Shown one piece after another: positions 10,854 to 21,692 of a stretch of DNA of 64,000 bases. Each line of letters starts with the position of its first letter. The stretch's first letter is position 1. The translations under genes and the position numbers were made by a program. The notes below the pieces were generated by a model, which did not search any database, was not told the DNA's origin, and was given only the letters and a program-made list of their open reading frames with translations. Origin of the DNA: Pseudomonadota bacterium (GTDB lineage: Bacteria > Pseudomonadota > Gammaproteobacteria > Xanthomonadales > Rhodanobacteraceae); assembly GCA_021805685.1 (NCBI GenBank), contig JAJZET010000140.1, positions 1,923-65,922 of the forward strand, in the 5' to 3' direction.

Positions 10854-13342
10854 CAGGCCGGGGTCTTCTTCGCGACGGCTTTCCTGGCGGCAGTCTTCTT
10901 GGCCGCGGCCTTCTTGGTTGCCGTCTTCTTCGCCGGCGACTTCTTCGCAGCAACCCTTTTCACCGCCGCTTTCTTGGCCGCAGGTTCCTTCTTGGCCACG
11001 GTCTTCTTCGCGGCAGCGGTCTTCTTGCCGAAGCGGCCACCCTTCTTCACCGGCGCGGCGGCGAGCAGCTCGATGCACTGCGCCTCGGTGAGCTCCTTCG
11101 GCTCCTGGTCTTTCGGGATACGTGCGTTCTTCTCGCCATCGGTGATGTACGGCCCGTAGCGGCCGTTGAGCACCTGCACGCCGTTGCCGAAATCCTGGAT
11201 GACGCGGTTGGCGAGCAATTCCAGCTTTTCCTGCACGATCTGCAGCGCGCGCGGCAGCTCGATGGTGTACGGATCGTCCTCCGGCTTGAGCGAGGCGTAG
11301 GTCGAACCCTGCTTCACGAATGGACCGAAGCGGCCGACGCCCACGCTGACCTCGTCGCCGTTCGGCGCCGCGCCCAGCTGGCGCGGCAGCTTGAACAGCT
11401 CCAGCGCCTCGTCCAGCGTGATGGTGTGCATGCTCTGGCCGGGGCGCAGGCTGGCGAACTGCAGCTTCTCGTCGCTGTCCTTGTCGCCGATCGCCGCGTA
11501 CGGCCCGAAGCGTCCCAGCCGCACGAACACCGGCTTGCCGCTCTTCGGGTCGGTGCCCAGCTCGCGCGCGCCGGTGGCCTCGCTGCGGTCCACCGATTCG
11601 GTCTTCTCCTCCACCTGCTGCTTGAACGGCTGCCAGAAGCGCTGCATCAGCGGCACCCAGGCCTCCTCGCCGCGGCTGACCGCATCCAGCTCGTCCTCGA
11701 GCTTGGCGGTGAAGTCGTAGTCCACGTAGCGGCTGAAGTGCTGGGTGAGGAACTTGCCCACCGCCCGGCCGATGTCGGTGGGCTTGAAGCGGCGGCTGTC
11801 AAGCAGCACGTATTCGCGGTTGAGCAGTACCTGGATGATGCTGGCATAGGTCGAGGGGCGGCCGATGCCGTATTCCTCCAGCGCCTTCACCAGCGAGGCT
11901 TCGGAATAGCGCGGCGGCGGCTCGGTGAAGTGCTGGTCGGCGGCGATATCGTGCAACGGCACCTGTTCGCCCTTCTCCAGGCGCGGCAGGCGGCGGCCTT
12001 CGTCGTCGTCGTCCGCGCCCTTCTGGTCGCGGCCTTCCTCGTACACGGCAAGGAAGCCGGGGTCGACCACGGTGGTGCCGGTGGCGCGGAACGCGGCGGG
12101 ACCGCCGGCAACGTGCGGCAACTCGAAATCGACCGACACGGTATTGAGCGTGGCGTGGATCATCTGGCAGGCCACGGTACGCTTCCAGATCAGCTCGTAC
12201 AGCTTGCGCTGCTCGTCATTGAGGAACGCGGCCACTTCACGCGGGGTGCGCATCGCCGAGGTGGGACGGATCGCCTCGTGCGCCTCCTGCGCGTTCTTGC
12301 TCTTGGCCTTGTAGAACTGCGGGCCGTCGGGCAGCGCCTTGTGGCCGTAGTCGCGCGCGATCAGTGCGCGCAGCTCGCCCAGCGCGTCGTCGGACAGCGC
12401 CACCGAGTCGGTACGCATGTAGGTGATCAGGCCGACGTTGCCTTCGCTGCCGAGGCCGACGCCTTCGTACAGGCCCTGCGCCACCTTCATCGTGCGGCTG
12501 GTGGTGAAGCCGAGCTTGCGTGCGGCCTCCTGCTGCAGCGTGGACGTGGTGAACGGAGGTGCCGGGCGGCGCTTGCGCTCCTTGCTGCCCACCTCGCTGA
12601 CGGTGAGGCGGCCGTGCGCGGCCTCCTTCAGCGCGGCGCGCGCGGCCATCGCGTCGGCCTCGTTGGTAAGGTCGAACTGCTCGAACTTCTTGCCGTTGAG
12701 CCGGGTGAGCTTGGCGGCGAACTCGCCGTCGGCGTGGCGCAGCTGCGCCTCCACCGTCCAGTATTCGCGCGCCTTGAACGCCTCGATCTCTTCCTCGCGC
12801 TCCACGATCATGCGCAGCGCCGGGCTCTGCACGCGGCCGGCGGACAGGCCGCGCTGCACCTTGCGCCACAGCACCGGCGAGAGGTTGAAGCCCACCAGGT
12901 AGTCCAGCGCGCGGCGCGCCTGCTGGGCATCGACCATGTCCAGCGATAGTTCGCGCGGCGATGCCACCGCGGCCTTGATCGCCTTCGGCGTGATCTCGGA
13001 GAACACCACGCGGTGCAGCTGCTTGCCGTCGGTGAGGCCGCGATCCTTGAGGATCTCGCTGATGTGCCAGCTGATCGCCTCGCCTTCGCGGTCCAAGTCG
13101 GTGGCGAGGTAGATGTCGTCGGCGGCCTTGGCCGCCTTGGCGATCGCATCGACGTGCTTCTCGTTGCGTTCGATCACCTCGTACTTCATCGCGAAGCCGT
13201 GATCCGGGTCGACGGCGCCCTCCTTGGGCTTGAGGTCGCGCACATGGCCATAGGAGGCGAGGACCTGGAAGTCCTTGCCGAGGTATTTATTAATCGTCTT
13301 GGCTTTGGCGGGCGACTCGACGATAAGCAGGTTCTTGGCCAT
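10853..13342 (-). CDS. topA: DNA topoisomerase I with Lys/Ala-rich C-terminal tail
   Basis: LIVESPAKAKTI, DREGEAI, SAGRVQS, ITYMRTDS catalytic Tyr. Confidence 0.97.
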   Translation of the reverse strand: MAKNLLIVESPAKAKTINKYLGKDFQVLASYGHVRDLKPKEGAVDPDHGFAMKYEVIERNEKHVDAIAKAAKAADDIYLATDLDREGEAISWHISEILKDRGLTDGKQLHRVVFSEITPKAIKAAVASPRELSLDMVDAQQARRALDYLVGFNLSPVLWRKVQRGLSAGRVQSPALRMIVEREEEIEAFKAREYWTVEAQLRHADGEFAAKLTRLNGKKFEQFDLTNEADAMAARAALKEAAHGRLTVSEVGSKERKRRPAPPFTTSTLQQEAARKLGFTTSRTMKVAQGLYEGVGLGSEGNVGLITYMRTDSVALSDDALGELRALIARDYGHKALPDGPQFYKAKSKNAQEAHEAIRPTSAMRTPREVAAFLNDEQRKLYELIWKRTVACQMIHATLNTVSVDFELPHVAGGPAAFRATGTTVVDPGFLAVYEEGRDQKGADDDDEGRRLPRLEKGEQVPLHDIAADQHFTEPPPRYSEASLVKALEEYGIGRPSTYASIIQVLLNREYVLLDSRRFKPTDIGRAVGKFLTQHFSRYVDYDFTAKLEDELDAVSRGEEAWVPLMQRFWQPFKQQVEEKTESVDRSEATGARELGTDPKSGKPVFVRLGRFGPYAAIGDKDSDEKLQFASLRPGQSMHTITLDEALELFKLPRQLGAAPNGDEVSVGVGRFGPFVKQGSTYASLKPEDDPYTIELPRALQIVQEKLELLANRVIQDFGNGVQVLNGRYGPYITDGEKNARIPKDQEPKELTEAQCIELLAAAPVKKGGRFGKKTAAAKKTVAKKEPAAKKAAVKRVAAKKSPAKKTATKKAAAKKTAARKAVAKKTPA

Positions 13343-13479
13343 GAATCTCTTGTTGTGGGTGTGGCGAATTCATGTCGCAGTGCGACATGCCTATATATCT
13401 AGTGAGACCACGCCGGCCGGCAGACTGTCAAGCCGGAATGCGTGAAAGCGCGTTGCGATGCGGGTTCCCGGCCGCTGGC

Positions 13480-14610
13480 CTACCCGGGCAGACACTGGTA
13501 GCGGTTGCCCGGCAGGCCAGCCACGCGTCCCTCCAGCTCCAGCATCAGCAGCATCGAGGACAGTACCGCCGCGGCCAGCCCGCTGCGTTCGACCAGCTCG
13601 TCCAGCGTGGCCGGGTCGTGGCCCAGGGCGGCGAACAGGCGCAGGTAGTCGGGGTCGTCGCGACGGCCATCGTCACGTGACGACGACGGCACGTCGGCCC
13701 GGTCCAGCCGGGCCGCCAGCTCCACGCCCAGGGCGCGGGCCGCGGGTCGCAGCGCCTCGCTCACTTCGGCCGGGTCCTCGACCAGTCGCGCTCCGTCGCG
13801 GATCAGCCGATGGCAACCGCGCGCCAGCGGATTGGCGATGGATCCGGGCAGGGCGAATACCTCGCGGCCCTGCTCGCCGGCCAGCCGTGCGGTGATCAGC
13901 GAGCCGGACTTGAGGTCCGCTTCCACCACCACGGTGCCCAGCGACAGGCCCGAAATGATGCGGTTGCGGCGCGGGAAATGGTCGGCGCGCGCCGCCGTGC
14001 CGGGCGGAAACTCGCTGACCAGCGCACCTTGCGCCACGATGCGCTGCGCCAGCGCCTGGTGTTTGCGCGGGTAGACCCGGTCCGCCCCGGTGCCGACCAC
14101 GGCGATCGTGGCCGCGCCGGCGTCCAGGGCCGCCTCGTGGGCGGCGCCGTCGATGCCCTCGGCCATGCCGCTGGTGACGACGAAGCCCGCCAGCGCCAGC
14201 GCGCGGGCGAAGCCACGCGCATGCGCCAGCCCCGCCGGGCTGGCGCTGCGCGAGCCCACCACGGCCACCTGCGGGTGCAGCAGCAGGCTGGCATCGCCGG
14301 CCACGAACAGCGCCGCCGGCGGCTGCGGGATGGCTTCCAGCAGCGGCGGGAAATCCGCCTCGGTGCAGCGCAACAGGCGGTGGCCGGGTCCGGCCAGCCA
14401 GGCCAGGTCGGCGGCCAGCCTGGCTTCGTCGGGTGCGTCCAACCAGGCGGCCGCGCCCTCGTCCAGCGAGCGGGCCTGCCGGCGCAGCAGCGCGAGCGCG
14501 GCATCGATGCGGTTATTCCCTGCCGCGAGCGCCTCGCGCAAGCCGCCCGGTCCCAGGCCGGGCGTGCGCAGGGCGACCAGCCAGGCGCGCAATTCGTCGG
14601 ATTCGTCCAT
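13480..14610 (-). CDS. dprA: DNA-processing protein DprA
   Basis: VAVVGSR, TSGMAEGIDGAAH, FPRRNRIISGLS, SGSLITA, C-terminal winged-helix-like segment. Confidence 0.93.
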   Translation of the reverse strand: MDESDELRAWLVALRTPGLGPGGLREALAAGNNRIDAALALLRRQARSLDEGAAAWLDAPDEARLAADLAWLAGPGHRLLRCTEADFPPLLEAIPQPPAALFVAGDASLLLHPQVAVVGSRSASPAGLAHARGFARALALAGFVVTSGMAEGIDGAAHEAALDAGAATIAVVGTGADRVYPRKHQALAQRIVAQGALVSEFPPGTAARADHFPRRNRIISGLSLGTVVVEADLKSGSLITARLAGEQGREVFALPGSIANPLARGCHRLIRDGARLVEDPAEVSEALRPAARALGVELAARLDRADVPSSSRDDGRRDDPDYLRLFAALGHDPATLDELVERSGLAAAVLSSMLLMLELEGRVAGLPGNRYQCLPG

Positions 14611-14720
14611 GCGGCGAGTCTAGCGGTCGCCACAGACGCCAACGGCGCGGGATTCCCGCGCCGTCGTGTGGGTAAAGGCCGTGTCGGCAGCTCTTCCCGG
14701 CGGGAAGAGGATGCCAGGCG

Positions 14721-15848
14721 TCACTCCGGCATCTTCAGCCTGTCGCCCATCTTGACCGGGCGCAGGCCGTCCATCACCAGGCCGTAGCTGACATGGTCGA
14801 AGGTGCGGAACACCATCACGTGGCCGATGTACTCGTCCGGCAGGGTCACGCGCTTGCCCACGCTGCGGTCCCAGCTGTCGCTGGCCACGTCGTCGTGGAT
14901 GTTCTCGCCGGGCTGCCAGACCGAGAAGGTGGTGCCGTTGTCCACGCCGTCGGCCGAACCCGCCGACAGCGCCACGATCTGGTTCGGGCCGACGGCATCC
15001 ATCGCATCGGTGAACGCGATCACGCGACCGTCCTTGGGCAGGCTCTTCGGCGCGTGCGGGTAGAAGTACGGGTCGTAGGGGTGGTTGTCCACCGGCATGA
15101 GGCGGTCGCCGCTGCGGATCTCCGCGGTAGAATCCAGCACCAGCAGGGTGGACGGGTCGCCGGTGCGCAGCACCTCGGCGGTGCCGATGACCTTCACCTC
15201 GACGCCCATGTCCTTGCCGCGGCGGTAGTGGCCGGAACCGTTATTGAAGTCCTCCTCCCACGGCGACCTCACCATGGCCGCGTTGGCCCAGAGCTCGTCG
15301 CCGTATTCCGCGGTGCCGCCGTTGCCGTTGTCGTAGCCACGGAACACATGCTCGGGCCGCACGATGGCCCAGCGCTGGCCGGGCTGGCTGTCCAGGCCGC
15401 GCACGTAGATGTTCTGGCCCGAGGTGCCGCGCAGCTGGTCTTCTTCCAGGCCCACCACGTAGGGCGCCTTGCTGACCACGCTGGAATCCATCACGCGCAG
15501 ATCCTTCAGGAAGGTCTGCACCGCATCCAGCGGGATTGCCGGTACGGCGGCGGCCTCGCGCTGCACGCCGGGCTCCAGCTTCAGGCTCGGTTCGCCGTTG
15601 ATGAAGGACAGGTTGAGCACGTCACCCGGGTAGATCAGGTGCGGATTGTGCACCTGCGGGTTGGCCTGCCAGATCTCCGGCCACAGCCACGGCTTGACCA
15701 GGAACTTGGCGGAAATGCCCCACAGGGTGTCGCCGCGGCGCACGGTGTAATTGTCGGGATGGGTGCTGCGCAGTTGCGAAGCACCGGCGGCACACACAGC
15801 GGCCGCGACCATGGTGCCAGCGAGCACCGTGAATGCTTTCTTGAACAT
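14721..15848 (-). CDS. LysM peptidoglycan-binding protein (TsaP-like)
   Basis: Signal peptide; Lys[14 protein letters not shown]...WPEIWQAN...PHLIYPGD; position between def and dprA. Confidence 0.85.
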   Translation of the reverse strand: MFKKAFTVLAGTMVAAAVCAAGASQLRSTHPDNYTVRRGDTLWGISAKFLVKPWLWPEIWQANPQVHNPHLIYPGDVLNLSFINGEPSLKLEPGVQREAAAVPAIPLDAVQTFLKDLRVMDSSVVSKAPYVVGLEEDQLRGTSGQNIYVRGLDSQPGQRWAIVRPEHVFRGYDNGNGGTAEYGDELWANAAMVRSPWEEDFNNGSGHYRRGKDMGVEVKVIGTAEVLRTGDPSTLLVLDSTAEIRSGDRLMPVDNHPYDPYFYPHAPKSLPKDGRVIAFTDAMDAVGPNQIVALSAGSADGVDNGTTFSVWQPGENIHDDVASDSWDRSVGKRVTLPDEYIGHVMVFRTFDHVSYGLVMDGLRPVKMGDRLKMPE

Positions 15849-15971
15849 GGGCGGGATCCCCTCTCCCCAGCAATGATGGCGAGTGTAACCGAAGCATTAA
15901 GCCGCGCAATCGGCAACGGTTCGCAGAATCCGCGGCCTTCGCCGCGGCAGGCGGCGTACTACAATGGGCCA

Positions 15972-16481
15972 ATGTCCACGCTCGCCATCCTCGAATTCCC
16001 CGATCCACGCCTGCGCACCAAGGCCGCGCCGGTCACCGTGTTCGACGCCAGGCTCAAGCAGCTCGTCGCCGACATGCTCGAGACCATGTACGCCGCCAAC
16101 GGCGTAGGCCTGGCCGCCACCCAGGTGGACGTCCACCAGCAGGTGCTGGTGATCGACATGAGCGACGAGCGCGACCAGCCGCTGGTGCTGGTCAACGCCG
16201 AGATCGTGGGGAAGGACGGCGCCCAGGTGTACCAGGAGGGCTGCCTGTCCTTTCCCGGCATCTATGCCGACGTCACCCGTGCGCTGAAGGTGACGGTGAA
16301 AGCGCAGGATGTCGACGGCAAGGCATTCCTGTACGAGGCCGAAGGCCCGCAGGCCGTGGCTGTGCAGCACGAGATGGATCATCTCGCCGGCAAGGTGTTC
16401 GTGGATTACCTCTCGCCGCTGAAGCGCTCGATGCTGCTCAAGCGCCTAGAGAAGCAACGCAAGCAGGCGGCCAGCGCTTGA
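15972..16481 (+). CDS. def: Peptide deformylase
   Basis: [20 protein letters not shown]; start corrected from the long ORF. Confidence 0.96.
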   Translation: MSTLAILEFPDPRLRTKAAPVTVFDARLKQLVADMLETMYAANGVGLAATQVDVHQQVLVIDMSDERDQPLVLVNAEIVGKDGAQVYQEGCLSFPGIYADVTRALKVTVKAQDVDGKAFLYEAEGPQAVAVQHEMDHLAGKVFVDYLSPLKRSMLLKRLEKQRKQAASA

Positions 16482-17425
16482 GCGCTCCGTTGCGGCTGGT
16501 ATTCGCCGGCACCCCCGACTTCGCCGTCCCCTGTCTCGAAGCCTGCCGCGCCAGCGGCGCCGAGGTGGTGGCCGTCTACACCCAGCCCGACCGCCCCGCC
16601 GGCCGCGGGCGCAAGCTCGCCCCCAGCCCGGTGAAACAGGCCGCATTGGCCGCCGGCATCGCGGTCGAGCAGCCCGAGTCGCTGAAGCCCGCCGGGGCGC
16701 AGGCCACGCTGGCCAGCTACCGGCCCGACCTGATGGTGGTGGTGGCCTACGGCCTGATCCTGCCGCGCAAGGTGCTGGCGATCCCGCGCCTGGGCTGCTG
16801 GAACGTGCACGCCAGCCTGCTGCCGCGCTGGCGCGGTGCCGCCCCGATCCAGCGCGCCATCCTCGCCGGCGACGCCGAGACTGGCGTCGACCTGATGCAG
16901 ATGGAGGCCGGGCTGGACACTGGCCCCGTGCTGCTGGAGAAGCGCACGCCGATCGGCCGCGAGGACACCGGCGGTTCGCTGCATGACCGCCTCGCCGCGC
17001 TGGGCGCCGAGGCGCTGGCCGAAGGTCTCGCCCGCGTGCTGGCCGGCGAGGCACTGGCCGCCACGCCGCAGGCCGCCGAAGGTGTCACCTACGCGCACAA
17101 GCTGGACAAGGCCGAAGCCCGCCTCGACTTCAGCCGGCCGGCGATCGAACTGGAGCGCCAGGTACGCGCCTTCGACCCCTGGCCCGGCAGCGACGGCGAA
17201 ATCGCCGGCGAGGCATTGCGCATCTGGGCCGCCCGCGCGCTCGACCTCGCCCATGCCGCAACGCCGGGCAAGGTGCTCGGCGCCGGCCGCGAAGGCATCG
17301 ACGTCGCCTGCGGCGAGGGCGCGCTGCGCGTCACCGCGCTGCAGCGGGCGGGCGGCAAGCGCATTGGCGCCACCGATTACCTCAATGCGCGGCCGGAGTT
17401 GCGCGCGCGCCCCCCGGCAGTGTGA
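16478..17425 (+). CDS. fmt: Methionyl-tRNA formyltransferase
   Basis: [38 protein letters not shown]. Confidence 0.96.
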   Translation: MSAPLRLVFAGTPDFAVPCLEACRASGAEVVAVYTQPDRPAGRGRKLAPSPVKQAALAAGIAVEQPESLKPAGAQATLASYRPDLMVVVAYGLILPRKVLAIPRLGCWNVHASLLPRWRGAAPIQRAILAGDAETGVDLMQMEAGLDTGPVLLEKRTPIGREDTGGSLHDRLAALGAEALAEGLARVLAGEALAATPQAAEGVTYAHKLDKAEARLDFSRPAIELERQVRAFDPWPGSDGEIAGEALRIWAARALDLAHAATPGKVLGAGREGIDVACGEGALRVTALQRAGGKRIGATDYLNARPELRARPPAV

Positions 17426-17570
17426 GGGAGCTCGCGATGAGCTCGGTTGTTTCGATTTTTCTCGCTGGCCGTGCAAGCGACAAAGCGGTTTCGAGCGCCT
17501 GCCGGCGCCCGAGGCCGCTCCACCGCGCGCCACCAGATCGGCGGCCAGGCTCGCCGCAGGCAGCCCGCCC

Positions 17571-18866
17571 ATGACCGATACCCGCGCCGAAGCCGCCCGC
17601 GCCCTCGCCGACATCGCCCTCCGCGGCGCCTCCCTGCGCGAAGCGATGGAGCGCCATGCGCCCAAGCTCCCCGATCCGCGCGACCGCGCCCTGCTGATGG
17701 CGCTGGTCAGCGACGGCGCGCGCTGGTGGCCGCGTTTCGACGCCGCGCTGGACCGCCTGCTGGACCGCCCGCTGCGCCGGAAGGAACCCGCGGTGCACGC
17801 GCTGCTGGTGCTGGGACTGGTGCAGCTGGAGGTGCTGGAGCTGGCCGACTACGCCGCCGTGGCGGCCACGGTGGAGGCGGTGCGCGCGCTGAAGCGGCCG
17901 CAGCTGGCGGGCCTGGTCAACGCGGTGCTGCGCCGCTGGCAGCGCGAGCGCGCCACGCACCTTGCCGCGCTCGATGCCCGGCCCGAGACCCGCCATGCGC
18001 ATCCACGCTGGCTGGCCGAGGCCATCGCCCGCGACTGGCCGGCGCAGGCCGAGGCGGTGATGACGGCGGACAACCGCGAACCGCCACTGATGCTGCGCGC
18101 CAACCGTCGCCGCACCAGTCGCGACACCCTGCTCGAGCGCCTGCGCGCGGACGGCCAGACGGCCGAAGCGCATGCATGGCTGGCCGACGCCATCGTGCTG
18201 CCGCACAGTACCGACGTGACCCGTTTGCCCGGTTTCGCGGAGGGGCTATTCGCGGTGCAGGACGGCGCGGCGCAGGTCGCCGCCGACCTCGCCGACGCGC
18301 GCGACGGCCAGCGCGTGCTGGATGCCTGCGCCGCGCCCGGCGGCAAGGCCTGCCACCTGCTGGAACGCGCCGACGTTGCGCTGACCGCGCTGGAGTTCGA
18401 AGCCAGCCGCGCCGGGCGGATCCGCGAAAACCTCTCCCGCCTGCACCTCCAGGCCGACGTGGTGGTGGGCGATGCCGGCGATCCTTCCAGGTGGTGGGAC
18501 GGCAAGCCCTTCCAGCGCATCCTGCTCGACGCGCCGTGCTCGGCCACCGGCGTGCTGCGCCGCCGCCCGGACGTACGCCTGCACCGTCGCGCGGACGACA
18601 TTCCCGTGCTGGTGGGCCAGCAGCGGCGCATCCTCGAAGCGTTGTGGCCATTGCTGGCGCCGGGCGGGCGGCTGGTCTACATCACCTGCTCGCTGCTGCG
18701 TGCGGAGAACGAAGCCGTGGTGGCGCCCTTCCTCGCCACGCACGCCGATGCGCAGGCCGTGCCGTTCACGCTGCCCGCGGGGCAGGCCGCCGCCATCGGC
18801 TGGCAGGTCCTGCCCGGCGATGGCGATCTCGACGGCATGTACTATGCGGTGCTCGAAAAGCGCTGA
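17571..18866 (+). CDS. rsmB: 16S rRNA m5C967 methyltransferase
   Basis: NusB-like N-terminus, LDACAAPGGK, LLDAPCSATGV, YITCS; follows def-fmt. Confidence 0.94.
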   Translation: MTDTRAEAARALADIALRGASLREAMERHAPKLPDPRDRALLMALVSDGARWWPRFDAALDRLLDRPLRRKEPAVHALLVLGLVQLEVLELADYAAVAATVEAVRALKRPQLAGLVNAVLRRWQRERATHLAALDARPETRHAHPRWLAEAIARDWPAQAEAVMTADNREPPLMLRANRRRTSRDTLLERLRADGQTAEAHAWLADAIVLPHSTDVTRLPGFAEGLFAVQDGAAQVAADLADARDGQRVLDACAAPGGKACHLLERADVALTALEFEASRAGRIRENLSRLHLQADVVVGDAGDPSRWWDGKPFQRILLDAPCSATGVLRRRPDVRLHRRADDIPVLVGQQRRILEALWPLLAPGGRLVYITCSLLRAENEAVVAPFLATHADAQAVPFTLPAGQAAAIGWQVLPGDGDLDGMYYAVLEKR

Positions 18867-18896
18867 TTGACGCTGCGGACCACCTGAGGCCTCGCC

Positions 18897-18980
18897 CGTC
18901 ATCCCGGCGCAGGCCGGGATCCAGCACCCTGGCCCCCGGACGCTCGAACTCGCTGGGTTCCTGCTGGCGCAGGAATGACG
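18897..18980. repeat. REP-like inverted doublet
   Basis: CGTCATCCCGGCGCAGGCCGGGATCCAGC (18897-18925) and GCTGGGTTCCTGCTGGCGCAGGAATGACG (18952-18980). Confidence 0.85.
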
Positions 18981-19006
18981 ATCCTTTTTCGCGCAGGTAA
19001 GGCCCC

Positions 19007-20773
19007 ATGTCCGCTTTCTCCCAGGCCACGCCGCAGGAACGCCGCAACTTCTGGCTGTTGCTGCTGATCGCACTGGTCATCCTCGGCGCCGGCATCGGCC
19101 TGCGCGATCCGTGGCCGTCCGACGAGCCGCGCTTCACGCTGGCCGCAAAGCAGATGGTGGAAAGCGGCGACTGGCTGTTCCCGCACCGCGGCAGCGAGCT
19201 GTATGCGGACAAGCCGCCGATGCTGATGTGGGCGGAGGCCGCCAGCTTCGAGCTGGTGCGCTGGTGGCGCCTGGCCTTCATGTTGCCCTCGCTGCTGGCC
19301 GGGCTGGGCACGCTGGTGCTGCTGTACGACATCGGCCGCCGCCTGTGGGATCGACGCACCGGCCTGTATGCCGCGGGAGGCGTGCTGCTGGCGTTCCAGT
19401 TTGCCTACCAGGGCCAGCGCGCGCAGATCGACCCGCTGGTGGTGTTCTTCATCACCGCGGCGAACTGGGGATTGTTGCGACACCTGCTGGCGCCGCCCGA
19501 CAGCGGCGCAAACGCCAACTGGCCGATGTACTGGTTCGGCTGTTTCTGCGCGGGACTGGGCGTCATCACCAAGGGCGTGGGCTTTCTCGCCCTGCTGATG
19601 ATGGTTCCATACGCCTGGGCCGCCTGGCGCGGCTGGAACGGCGTGGCGCGGCCAGGGCGCGGTGCATGGTGGCGCTGGCTGCTCGGCCTGGCGGCGGCGC
19701 TGGCCGCCATCGCGCTGTGGTTGTTGCCGATGCTGTTCGCCGCGCATGCACGCGACGACAACCCGGCCTACGCGGCCTACGTCAACGACATCCTGTTCCA
19801 CCAGACCGCGAAGCGCTACGCGGAAGCGTGGCACCACATCCACCCGTGGTGGTCGTACATTCCGATCCTGCTGTTCAGCTGGTTGCCGTTCTCATTGCTT
19901 TACCCGGGTTGTCTGCCGCGCTGGCGCAAGGCGCTGCAACAGGGCGAGGCGCGCGTGCTGCTGCCGCTGGCCTGGGTGCTGCTGGTACTGCTGTTCTTCA
20001 GCGCCTCGCCGGGCAAGCGCGATGTCTACATCCTGCCTGCGTTGCCGATGCTGGCGCTGGCCTGCGCGCCGTTCGTCGACGCGTTGCTGCCAAAGCGCTG
20101 GCTGCGCGTGGCGGGACTGGCCTTCATCGCCCTGCTCGGTACCGCGATGCTCGGACTGGGCACCTACGCGATGCTGTCGCACTCGCCCAAGGTGGCGCGG
20201 TTCGTCGCACAACGCGAGCTCGCCGATGGCGGTGACGCGCTGTGGTGGATGTGCGTGACGCTGGGCCTGGCGCAGCTGGCCCTGGTCGCCACGCTGCGCG
20301 TGCGCCGCGCCGTCTGGGCCGTGTGCGGCGGCATGGCCGCACTGTGGCTGGCGTGGGGGTACTGGGGGGTGCCGCTGCTCAATCCATCCAGCTCAGCCTC
20401 CGCCCTGATGGCGAAGGTGCGCAGCCACCTCGGACCGGGCGACGAAATCGGCCTGGTGGCATGGGTCGAGCAGGATCTGCTGATGCTGGACCGTCCCGCC
20501 GTCGACTTCGGCTTCAAGCAGCCGTGGCATACCCAGTTCGCGCAGGCCGTGCAGTGGCAGGCAAGGGTGCCGGCGATGCGCTGGCTGTTCGTGCAGCAGC
20601 CGGCCATGGCCCACTGCGTGGAGCGGAGCAAGGCGATCTACCTGGGGCACGCCAACCAGCGCGACTGGTGGATGTTCAGGGCAAATGCGCTCGTGCCGGG
20701 CTGTCTGCCGAGTGCGCAGGGGGATCCATTGCCGGACGGCGACCCGGAGCCGGAAATGCAGGCTGGCCAGTAA
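19007..20773 (+). CDS. ArnT/PMT-family (GT-C) membrane glycosyltransferase
   Basis: DEPRF, YADKPP, TKGVG, KRDVYILP motifs; many TM helices. Confidence 0.88.
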   Translation: MSAFSQATPQERRNFWLLLLIALVILGAGIGLRDPWPSDEPRFTLAAKQMVESGDWLFPHRGSELYADKPPMLMWAEAASFELVRWWRLAFMLPSLLAGLGTLVLLYDIGRRLWDRRTGLYAAGGVLLAFQFAYQGQRAQIDPLVVFFITAANWGLLRHLLAPPDSGANANWPMYWFGCFCAGLGVITKGVGFLALLMMVPYAWAAWRGWNGVARPGRGAWWRWLLGLAAALAAIALWLLPMLFAAHARDDNPAYAAYVNDILFHQTAKRYAEAWHHIHPWWSYIPILLFSWLPFSLLYPGCLPRWRKALQQGEARVLLPLAWVLLVLLFFSASPGKRDVYILPALPMLALACAPFVDALLPKRWLRVAGLAFIALLGTAMLGLGTYAMLSHSPKVARFVAQRELADGGDALWWMCVTLGLAQLALVATLRVRRAVWAVCGGMAALWLAWGYWGVPLLNPSSSASALMAKVRSHLGPGDEIGLVAWVEQDLLMLDRPAVDFGFKQPWHTQFAQAVQWQARVPAMRWLFVQQPAMAHCVERSKAIYLGHANQRDWWMFRANALVPGCLPSAQGDPLPDGDPEPEMQAGQ

Positions 20774-21692
20774 CAGCCAGCCTGGCGCCTGGGGAAAGGC
20801 CGGGCCGGTTCGCCAGCGGTGCGAACGCCGACGCCAGCGCCGAGGCGCCCCAAGCCAGCCAGCGGACCGCAAGCTTGCCCTTCAACAGCAGCAGGTACAG
20901 CAACGCCACCGGGGCGGCGCACAACGCCGTCTTGGCCAGATAGAGCCCGGCTGCCCGGCTGCCCTGATAGCGTCGGATCGCCCAATGGCGGGACCGCGCG
21001 TAGTGGAAATGCTTGCGGAAGCTCATCTTCAGGCCGGGCGCCGTGGACAGCCCGCCCGCATGTGGCACCACCGCGGCCGGTTCGAGCAGGCATTCGTAGC
21101 CGGCAGCGCGTGCGCGCAGGCACAAGTCGTCGTCTTCGTAGTAGAGGAAGAAATTCGGGTCGAAGCCGCCCAGGGCCGCGAATGCCTCGGTACGCACCAG
21201 CAGGCAGCAGGCGCGCAGCCACGCCGTGCTGCAGGTGGCATCCGGCACCCGGTAGGGCGTCCTCGGCAATTTCTCGTAGAACGCCTGGCGGTAGCTCTTC
21301 TGCGGACGCCCCTCGGCGTCCACGCTCTGCGGCGCCACCATCGCGGCGGTCGGATAGCGTTGCAGCGTGGCAAGCAGGGTGTGCAGGTCGTCCGGCCGCA
21401 CCGTGCAATCGGGATTGAGCAGCAGGGCGTACGGCGTGCGAACCTGCGCCATAGCCTCGTTGTTGGCGCTGCCGAAGCCGCTGTTGCTGGTGCGCTCGAG
21501 AACGGTGGCGTGGGGAACCCGCTGGTGCAGCGCCGCCGCCGTGCCATCGCTGCTGGCGTTGTCGACCACGATTACCCTGGGCAAGGGGAGGAGGGTCTGC
21601 GCCATCGCATCCAGCAGCGCACGGCTCTGGTGCGTTACGCAGACCACGGTTACCTGTTCGAGAACGTTCTGATCCATGAGGGTCTTATCCAT
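20676..21692 (-). CDS. Glycosyltransferase family 2 (rhamnosyltransferase-like)
   Basis: VVDNASSDGT, NSGFGSANN, LLLNPD, GGFDPNFFLYYEDDDLC. Confidence 0.85.
   Translation of the reverse strand: MDKTLMDQNVLEQVTVVCVTHQSRALLDAMAQTLLPLPRVIVVDNASSDGTAAALHQRVPHATVLERTSNSGFGSANNEAMAQVRTPYALLLNPDCTVRPDDLHTLLATLQRYPTAAMVAPQSVDAEGRPQKSYRQAFYEKLPRTPYRVPDATCSTAWLRACCLLVRTEAFAALGGFDPNFFLYYEDDDLCLRARAAGYECLLEPAAVVPHAGGLSTAPGLKMSFRKHFHYARSRHWAIRRYQGSRAAGLYLAKTALCAAPVALLYLLLLKGKLAVRWLAWGASALASAFAPLANRPGLSPGARLAVTGQPAFPAPGRRPAMDPPAHSADSPARAHLP

Noticed and set aside
10856-11050. Repetitive AAGAAG-rich tract at the topA 3' end
   Set aside because: Encodes the Lys/Ala-rich basic tail common in topoisomerase I lacking zinc ribbons; not an array.
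17426-17570. fmt-rsmB spacer with a GAGCTC-N5-GAGCTC palindrome
   Set aside because: Too short and degenerate to assign to a repeat family or RNA.
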